Program-made: the position numbers and the translations under genes
Source of the DNA: Eledone cirrhosa
Lineage: Eukaryota
Length of the DNA: 64,000 bases
Assembly: GCA_964016885.1 (NCBI GenBank)
Contig: OZ024744.1
Coordinates: 74,772,001-74,836,000, forward strand
Reading direction: 5' to 3'
Part shown: positions 54,560 through 64,000 of the stretch, in pieces
How the letters are laid out: every line of letters starts with the position of its first letter
Position numbering within the stretch: position 1 is the first letter of the stretch
Notes under the pieces: generated by a model
What the model saw: the letters and a program-made list of their open reading frames with translations, nothing else
What the model was told of the DNA's origin: nothing
The model's database searches: none

Positions 54560-57500
54560 TATCGATCAACAAAACTGTCTATCTAGTTCCCCTCTTACGA
54601 ACAAACACCGCCACCCCCCAAAAAGTACTTTTATCAACACCAACTCCCAAACCACCACAACAACACACAAAAACAAACAACTGTTCAAAAACAAACAACT
54701 GTTCAAACACAAACAACAGAAAAAACCACAAACAATTTCCCCTGAAAAACACAGTCCCACCCCATCACACTCCATCCACCACTACCACAATCACACACAC
54801 AAACACACCATCAGCACACACATACCCCTCCCACACGCCCCTGATGACGATTCATCACCAGACGAGGCTACTTCTTCATCCTCAAGTGAAGATGAAGGAG
54901 AACCTCGGAAATAAAACAAAAACAAAAAAAGAGACACCGCAATGCCACAAAAGCAACAATCACCAAACACGAACAAACACACACCACCACAATCACCCCC
55001 ACCCCTACCAGCAAAATAACCATCAACACCACCCCAAACACAAATTCCCACCATAAAACGAAAACTACAAAATGTACAACAAACGAAAATAACGCAACAA
55101 AAAAACAAACAACAATATACATAATTTAATACAAACAACAAAAACCCTATGGAGGTCATCTCCCAAGACCCATAAAGTAGAAACTGAGGGGAAAACGTTT
55201 GCAAACTCTCAACGCAGACTCTCAACCACACATAAAACTAATAAGGGTTTCCATAGAAACCTATCAGAAATTGAAAGAACAGTTTTCACAGGACGTTGGC
55301 AACCCCTGCAAAACACTAATAAACCGCGTCTTGTTGAAATGTTTCCCCACCCCACTCAACACCCCACCAGAACTGAAATGGATTTTTGAACAACCCGATC
55401 TCCAGGAAACGAAAAGGTAAGTGCACCTTTTCGTCCTTTTCGCCAACTCTTCTCCACCAACATGGCTGACTTACGAGTTGGAAGCGTGAATGTGCGTGGC
55501 CTAGGGATACCCTGGAAACAGGGCCAACTTTTAAACGACCTTAGGTCACACGGTATAGATGTAATAGTCCAGGATTCACAACAGGCAGCAACTAACCTCC
55601 ATCTTCAATTACTTTGAGATCTACGCATCTCTCTGGCAGCCGGGAGGTGGAGGGGAAATGACTGTCATGTTTCGGAAAAACCTGGATCTGGAAGTACAGC
55701 AAGTACACTTGGACCCGGAGGGTAGACTGGTAGTCCTAGACGTGAACAGTATTTGAGGTGGAGCCTTCAGACTGGTGGCCGTTTATGCCCCGACCGGGCA
55801 ATCACAATTGCGGCCAGTCTTCTTTAAGCGTCTAGAGTCTTTTCTGGGAACGTCTCGCTCCTTGCTTTTTGTGGGGGACTGGAATGGTATCCTAGATGCA
55901 CGATGGGACTATGTGGGAGCATGTCTCAGTAGAGCGGGGTGCAACACCCTCAAAAATCTAATCGGCCAATTGCAACTGGCCGATAGATATCGACTAAATT
56001 TCCCGACAGCACCACAGTGGACGTGGGCAAACCGTAGCGGGACATCTAGATCATATCTAGATAGGTTTTTCATTAGAGAGAAGGACAACAAAATGTTAGG
56101 CTGTCCACAAATGCACATAGTTGCCTATTCAGATCACAAACTAGTCGTCTGCATAGTCAACCGTGATAGAATACATAGACAAGGATCCGGATACTGGAAG
56201 CTGAACGTGTCCTTGTCGACACGAAAAGCCTACAGTGAACGGATAAGTAGATTATTTAAGCAAGAATTGATGGGAGCCATCGTCAACAATAGATGGTGGT
56301 ACTCTCTCAAGAGAGCAATTAGAGTAGAATCGATAGAGTTTAGCAGAGAATTAGCTTTAGTGAAAAACAAATCAGAAACAGAACTAGTAGCCAAGGTAGA
56401 ATAGGCGCTTAGGAGTGGAAACGCAGCTAGAGTGCTAGCTTCGAGAATGGCACTGGTTCAGTTCTTCGACGCAAAACACGAAGGCTACGTGGTCAGAAGT
56501 AAATCACGTGCTCTAGGAAACGGGGGAGCAAAAACTATCGGAGCCGTTCGCAATCACGCGTTCCATTCGACAGGGATGCACTCTCTCCTCCATTCTGTAC
56601 GTATTGACACTAGAGCCACAACTGCGGAAGTTGGAGCTTTTGCAGGGCATCCCTTTAGAACCGTGACTGCGAAAAGCGACGTCGGCTTGTGCCGACGACG
56701 TGGCGTTATTGGTGTCGGATGTATCCGAAACCGGGGCAATCGTCAACTTACTGCAGGAATACGAAAGGCTCACAGGAGCAAAACTGAACCCGGACAAGTC
56801 TGTCGGTTTGCAACTCGGAACGTGGAGAGGCAAACCCATGCCATCCGACAGCCTGGCAGTGCTACCGAGGAGCTCTACCAATTTGTGACAAGATCTACAG
56901 GCACGGATGGCCCGGCAGGGATCCTTCCAAGAGGGCTTGTCCAAGATGCGGGCAGGACATTGAAACCGTCCTGCACGCAATTGTACACTGCTCGGGCGTA
57001 ATCGACCAGTGGAACTACGCAGAACAACTGCTGTCGCGTATGGGACAAATTAATTGACTGCCGTGTCCATAGTATGGAGCAAACCACCAACTTCTTTCAA
57101 AAACGAAAGAGAGGCGGTTTTCCTCCGTATAGTGGCTATGTTGAAAGAGGTTATATGGTGGACGAGATTGAGAGGACTGAGGACAGATGCCTTTCTCTCC
57201 GGACAACAACTCATTCCCTTCTTTAGATACCACTTTAGAAGGAGAATCAGAGTGGAGTGAGAGGCACTGCACGCCAGTAAATTTACTGAAAGGTGGGTGA
57301 ATGTGGCAAAAATAGCCCTAGTGATTGGGCCTTCTTTGTATATAGACCTGTAGGTTGAGGAAGAGAGCAAAAGGAAGAAAGGAGCACTTGCACAACACGC
57401 TCCTGAAGTTGAGGGTTGTTCTATCGACGGGGTATTAAACAACCCATTTGTGGCGCCTCCCCGCTATTGTGGGTTTCGATTGTTATAATTGTTTGTTTCA

Positions 57501-57590
57501 TATTTTTTACACGATTGTATGTAAAATCCCCGGCATGTCTTTGTTTTGTCACCTTTTCTTGTGCGCCCTTGTGGCTAATAAAGAAGTATA
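54560..57590 (+). mobile_element. Tx1/L1-clade LINE, decayed and internally deleted
   Basis: ORF1 tail to about 55420; ORF2 MADLRVGSVNVRGL, AVYAPT, VGDWN, SYLDRFF, YSDH, GSGYWKLN, ADD; ends AATAAA then TATC repeats. Confidence 0.88.
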
Positions 57591-57999
57591 GCTATCTATC
57601 TGTCTGTCTGTATATTTGTATGTCTATTTATCTAACAATATATTTGAATATCTATCTATCTATGTACCTTTTGGATGGACACATGTGTTAAACTTACTCG
57701 GTCATTGTGAACTTTTATTTTTACATCAATTTGTAGAGGGATTGACAGGTCAAATTTTGAGCTGGTCAGTCTCACAAAATATTGTGCCCTTCAGGGCAAA
57801 AGCATCCAACATATTTTCAACAAAATTTTGGAAAACACTTCAATTTAAAAAAATGGCCGAAATGATGGCACTTCTTCCTTGTCAATTCAAGAAGATGGGA
57901 AGGGCCAGCTATGGCTACCTGACCAGCAAATAGTAGCAGACAAGAACAAAGGAATGCCAACACTATCGCCTCAATATTTAGAAGAGGAACAAACTTAGG

Positions 58000-58870
58000 T
58001 TGTAAGCAACTGAACACGCCTGACGTCACAAACGTCACATGTATTCACACACAGAAGGAAGTATATATAGCAAATACTAACACTACTACAAGCAACAACA
58101 ACAACAACAAAACAATAAATGAGAACGACAACAATAATACAAAAAAAAAGGAATCAGCAACAACACAAAGAATGAGACTATCATCACCACTACCAACAAC
58201 AATAATAACATTTCATTTGCAGCAACCGTTGCTAAGCAACAGGATTCTAAATATTACCTCATGGACATTTCGCAAAAGTCACAATATTTGGAAGAAGCTT
58301 CCAACTAGGTGACGTTTGAGGGAGACATCCCACAAATACACATACGCCCACAATTAATAGAAATGACACAACAACAAAAAACTGATCTACAGAACAGTTG
58401 ACATAATCACCAAAAAAATCATAACGCTCCCAACAAGCACTATCGAAGCTGCATTAAAAGACATCATGCCAGACGTGACATATCTTCAAAGAGCTAAACA
58501 GTATGGAAGTGTATTAGTGCTGGCTCAAAAACACTCGGTTCACCCAATAAAAATGGATCAACACATCTTCTTCTCCACATATATGGGAAGAAGAACCTAC
58601 AAAATAAAAATAACCAGAATCCCAGCAGAGGTCAACATATGGTGGATCCTACGCTGCATCCTGAAGAAGGGTGAGGACACCCTCCTATGTGTAGACAGGA
58701 CAGACCGGAATAACTTGTTTGGACCCTTTCATGGTGGTTCTGGTACGAATGAAGCCATAGAGAGTAGAAAAAACCCGGACAAAATCATCCTCGAAAAAGA
58801 TGTCATCTCCATTTTGGTGGAGGGGAAAAGACCTCTGTGCCATAAGGGTGGGAAAAACACACACTCTTAA
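58000..58870 (+). mobile_element. Probable Tx1-type ORF1 fragment
   Basis: YMGRRTYKIKITRIPAEV..ISILVEGKRPLCHKGG (degenerate zinc-knuckle lead-in). Confidence 0.55.
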
Positions 58871-58879
58871 ACAAACCAA

Positions 58880-59700
58880 GGACAGTTAGGGAGATAAAAG
58901 GCAGGAACACTTACCTTTTAGTTTCTTGGAGATCGGGTTGTTCATTCTCTATGTCCAAATTGAGGGTGTTGGGGAGGGAGGGAATCATTTTAGCAGGACA
59001 CGGTGAAGGGGCTTTTGGCAAGGGGAGCCCACATCATGTGGGAAGTTCCCTTTTATTGTTTCGTATTGTAGGGTTGTTAACCTGATAAGTTTAAGGTTTG
59101 GGACTGGGTTGTTGCAGGGGAAGGTTTTCCCTTCCGTTTGGATTGTGGGATCCTTTCAGAAACTTTCCATCAGCTCTATGTTTGTTGTTTTTATGTATGT
59201 GTAATGTGTTTTGTTTTTCATGTGTACTGTTTCTGTTTGTAGTTTTCTTTTTGTGGTTGGGGTTTTTGATTGTGGTGGTGTAGGTGTTTGTTTTATTGGT
59301 GAAGTGTTTGGTTGTGTTGTTGGTGTGGTTGTCGTTTGTGACGGTATGTTTATGGTGGTGTTGGGGGTGTGTGTGTTTTCTGTAGATGTTTTTGCTTTTG
59401 TGTTTTTTCTGTCTCTTTTTTTTTTTAGTTTTGGGGTTCCTCTTCATCCTTACTTGGAGATGTAGAGGTTCTCGTGTCTGAGACTTCTGAATCAGGGGTA
59501 GATGGGAGGGGTATGTTGTGTGATGGAGCGTTTGCGCAGGTGTTTGTGGGAATATTTGACAGAGAGGGGGGAGGCAAGGGAGGGTTTATCAGTGGGATTT
59601 TGTGTGTTTTGTTGTCTCTGGTCTGTGGTGGTGTGGGAGTGGATGTTGCATGTTTTTGTGTTGCATGTTTTTCTGTTGCTACTGCCAACATCAGAATCCG
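58880..59700 (-). mobile_element. Inverted Tx1 ORF1 3' half
   Basis: Reverse complement resembles 54700-55440, including CCGATCTCCA..AAAAGGTAAGTG. Confidence 0.75.
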
Positions 59701-59769
59701 AACATCAACACCCCAAACAAAATACAACAACACAAAAACATGCAACATCCACTCTCACACCACCACAGA

Positions 59770-62495
59770 GTGGTGAAGCTCTCTCAAGAGAGCAATTAGA
59801 GTAGAATCGATAGAATTTAGCAAAGAAGTAGCTTTACAAAGAAACAAAACTGAAAAGAATGTAGTAGCTAAAGTAGAAGAGGGACTTAGAAATGTACGTA
59901 CAGCTCACATGCTAGCGGTGAGAACGGCACTAGACCACTTCTTCAACGTGAAACATGAAGGTTGTATTGTAAAAGTAGAACACACGCTCTAAGAAACGAG
60001 GGATCCAAAGCTGTTAGCTAGGCCCGAGTGGCAGAAGCGAAAAGTAGCAAAAAATCCACAATTCGGTCTTTGCAAGACAAAGATGCTAGTATTCTATTTG
60101 AATCCAAGCAGATGTGCACGGCCTTCCAACAACACTTTACACAAATGTTCGTTAAAACGGTACGTCGAGCGCGGTGATGGACTTCAGTTCCTACCACGAC
60201 TGCCTACCACGACTCTCAAGCGCGGATGCAGAGAGAAGCGAAAGGCCGATCACTGCGGGCGAAATAGAAGTTACCTGGGCCGCTGTGGGAAACGCAAATC
60301 TCCCGGTTTAGATGGTCTACCCTATGAGTTTTACATAGGCATGCCAAACTTGTTCTCCGGTGTCGTCGAATCGGTCTACTGCAACTGGCAGCAGAACAGG
60401 AGGGTTCCCAGTTCTGTAGCCAGAGGCGTAGTAACGCTGATCAGGAAAGATGAGAAATAAAGGGGATGAGATAAATAATTTTAGGCCCATAACTCTGTTC
60501 AAGATGCTGCCCAAGGTGTTAGCAACAAGGCTGGCGCTTATCGTCGAGAACCTGGTAGGGGAAGCGCAAACGTGTGCAATCCCGACAAACTCCACCTCAT
60601 GCAATGCATCATAGAGAGGGTGGGTGTAAATCTGGCTTCGGTTGGGTGCTGTTCAATTTAGATTAGTCTAAGGCATTTGAGAGGGTCGACCATGAATACT
60701 TGGAAGCAGTTCTCAAGGCGGCCGGCTTCGGACCCGTCTTCTGAGGCTGGATCTATGCCATGCAAACTAGTTCGGCAGTCATGGGGAATGGCTATCTATC
60801 GGATCCACTCCAAATCATGCGTTCAATCCGTCAGGGATGCCCTCTTCCCTCTATTCTGCATGTACTGACTCTCGAGCCATTATTTCGGAAGCTGGAGCTG
60901 TTGCAGAGCATTCCGATCGAACCAGGACTGCGGAAAGCAGCGTCGGCCTATGCCGACGACGTAACCATATTGGTGTCGAAAACCTCGGAAATCGGGGTAA
61001 TCGGCAACTTATTACAGGAATACGAAACGTTGACGGGATCATAACTAAACCCAAACAAGTCTATCGGTTTACAACTCGGCACATGGAGAGGCAAACTCAT
61101 GACTTCCGACAGCGTCGTTGAACGCTGAACGGAAGGACCGGTGAAATTGTTCGGGATCTAGTTTGGTCCAGACCTCCAGGTGGACAAGAACTGGAACGAG
61201 GTCACTGCAAAGGTATTTGCACTCACCCAGAAGTGGGCTGAGTGCAGCTGAGTGCAAACTCTCCTTGAAAGGTCGAGCGGAGGTGGCAAACACTTACAGA
61301 GCGTCTGTCATCTACTACCGCTTGACACGTCCCAACGAACACCTCATCAAAATGGAACGCCTACTCTTCAAGTGCCTCTGGAAGAAACAGGCTCCATTGG
61401 TGAGGAGATCCATCTGCTGCCAACACTCTTCTAATGGAGGGCTGGGTATGCCATGGCTGATGATGCGCAAACACGCGCTCAGGCTACGGCATCTCCAGGT
61501 ATTCCTGACCGGCGAACCGGTGTGGTTCTCGAAAATGGGCACCTGGCACCTCAAGTGACTACAGGCGCTCACAGCCCTCTACCAAACGGAAACGGCAATC
61601 AAGGGGACACCACCTTTGACATTCTATAAGGGATTAGTGGAGGATAAGTGCGACGACGTTCTCGGGGAAACTCTAGGCGTCGAGGAGGATGAAGTGACCA
61701 GTCTGTTCGGTAGGACATTCCGTCCATGGCCTATGGATAATTTCCAGAGGTCTCTGTCCTGGTAGTGCTACCAAGGAGCTCTATCAGTTCGAGACAAAAT
61801 CTTCAGGCAAGGACGCCCTGGCAGAGCTCCTGCCAAAAGGACCTGTTCAAGATTCGAGCAACGCCTCGCAACCGTTCTGCACGCAATTCTTCAGTGCCCA
61901 GGGGTGACCGACCTGTGGAATTATGTCGATCAGGTAATGTCACGCGTGGTACGCATCCAGTTGTCAGCCCAGTCCATCGTGAGGATCACCACGCCGCCTT
62001 CATTTAAAAATGAAGGAGAGGCGGTTTTCCTCTGTCTGGTGGCTATGGCGAAAGATGTAATATGGTCGACGAGGTTAAAAGGACTGAGGGCAAACAGCTT
62101 TCTCTCCGGACAACAACTCATCCCGTTCTTTAAGTACTACTTCAGAAGGAAGGTGGGAGTGGAGAGAGAGGTGCTACACCCCAATATATTCGCTGAAAGG
62201 TGGGTGAATGTGACGAAAATGGCCCGAGTGAATGGACCATCTCTGTATATAAACCTCTAGGTTGAGGAAGACAAACAGGTGGAAGACGTGAAGACCTTCA
62301 AAACGTGTTCCTAGTATTGAGGGTTGTTCTCCCTACGAGGTGTAAAACAATCTCGCAGTAACGTTCCCCCCTATTAGGGATCTCGATTGTTTTATTTTAT
62401 ATATAGTTAATTGTTATTCATTATTGTTAAAGATTTTATGTAAAACCCGTCTTGTAATGACCCATTTTTGTACGCCCTTGTGGCAAATAAAGATA
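59770..62495 (+). mobile_element. Tx1/L1-clade ORF2 pseudogene (RT to C-terminus)
   Basis: KSPGLDGLPYEFY, FRPITL, SIRQGCPL, AYADDVT, LSLKGRA, GGLGMP; ends AATAAAGA(TATC)n. Confidence 0.9.
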
Positions 62496-62529
62496 TCTAT
62501 CTATCTATGTATATATATGCCAGTCTGTC

Positions 62530-64000
62530 TATGACAGTAATGGTGTTGAGCACCTCGCAAATCGAGAAAGTCGGCACCTTACTGAAGGAATACGAAAGGT
62601 TCACAGGAGCGAAGCTGAACCGGATAAGTCCATTGGTTTGCAACTCGGATCGTGGAGAGGCAAACCGATGCCTTCCGATGGCGGCGTCGGACGCTGGACG
62701 TAGGGACAGGTAAAGCTGCTCGGGGTCTGGTTTGGTCCTGACCTCCAGGTAGAGAAGAACTGGAACGAGGTGTCGGCCCAAGGTGTTTGCACTCACTCAG
62801 AAGTGGGCCGAGTGCAAACTATCCTTGAAAGGTCGAGCGGAGGTGGCGAACACTTTTATAGCATCCGCCATCTACTACCGCTTGACCGTCGTGCCTTGTC
62901 CAGCCAAAACCCTCGCCAAAAGGGAGTGCGCGCTTTTCCAATTCCTTTGGAAGTGGCGGGCTCATTTGGTAAGAAGATCCATCTGCTGCCAACGCCCTTC
63001 CAACGGAGGGAAGGAGATGCCGTGGCCGACGATGCGCTAACACTCTCAGGCTGCGGCATCTCTACGTATTCCTCACCGGACAACCGGTGTGGGCCCCGTT
63101 CGTGAGGCCAGCCTTCACACGACTCGTCTCGCTGACCGAGCTGCAGTCCTGGGTCAAGCAAAGACCGAGGAAAATGGGCGACTGGCACATCGAATGTGCT
63201 CAGGCGCTCACAGCCCTCTGGCAGGCGGACCCGGCGATCAGTGGAGACTCCACTTCGTCATTCTATAGAGGGTTGATCCGCCGCAAGTGCGACGACGTGC
63301 TCGGTGACACTCTGGGCGTAGAGGAAGACAAACTGGCCAGTCTGTTCGGTAGGACCTTCCTCCCGGGACCGATGGACAACTTCCAAAAGTCCCTGGCCTG
63401 GCAGTGCTACCGAGGAGCTCTACCAATTCGAGACAAGCTCTACAGACATGGGCGCCCGAGCAGGGACCCTGCACAAAAGATCTGCCCGAGGTGCGTGCGA
63501 GACGAAGAAACCGTCGTGCACGTATTCATACACTGCCCGGGCGTCACCGACCTGTGGGGCTATGTGGAACGACTATTGTCGCTGGTGGGACCAATCCGGT
63601 TGACCACCGAGTCCATTGTCATGATCAAACCGCCACCTTCCTTCAAAAACGAAGGAGAGGCGGTTTTCCTATGGGAGATAGCTATGGCGATAGAGGTTGT
63701 ATGGTGGACAAGGTTGAAAGGGGTGAGATCAGACACCTTTCTCTCCGGTCAACAACTGATTCTTTTTTTCAAATACCACTTGGAAGAAGAATCAGGATGG
63801 AGTGAAAGGTGCTGTACCACAGCAAGTTTTATGAAAGGTGGGTGAAATTGGCGAGAATGCCCGAGTGAATGGGCCTTCTCTCTATATCAGCCTGTAGGTT
63901 GAGGAAAGAGAGGAGGAGAGGAAAGGAGTACAAACTCTTCGTACTCCTGGAGATGAGGGTTGCACATATTTTTTTCGGGGGTATATGTTACCCATATGAA
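62530..64000 (+). mobile_element. Tx1/L1-clade 5'-truncated ORF2 C-terminus, runs off the window
   Basis: LSLKGRAEVANTFI, ALPIRDKL, CPRC..DEETVVHVFIHC (L1 zinc knuckle). Confidence 0.9.

Overview
AT-rich, microsatellite-saturated eukaryotic DNA with no supportable host gene. The SINE and LINE-tail motifs suggest a cephalopod (Octopus-like), which is an inference. The window is a patchwork of mostly decayed mobile elements: Naiad-type Penelope-like elements (PLEs; RT plus CxCx5C linker plus GIY-YIG) in (TA)n arrays, a CR1-group LINE, Tx1/L1-clade LINEs, RTE ends and bipartite RTE derivatives, R4/Dong-like and CRE-like restriction-like-endonuclease fragments, Helitrons, tRNA-type SINEs and a 39-bp minisatellite. 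The main hidden signal is about 14 type I hammerhead ribozyme (HHR) folds, found and paired by eye. Several sit in non-coding ~425-560 bp monomers arranged as tandem repeats plus a 5' inverted copy inside (TA)n, i.e. retrozyme-like non-autonomous PLE passengers. Several have non-canonical cores: one family has GUGACCA (G3-C8) in one subfamily and UUGAAAA (U3-A8) in another, a compensatory swap of the tertiary 3-8 pair. Coordinates of degenerate elements are approximate, and no ribozyme activity has been tested.
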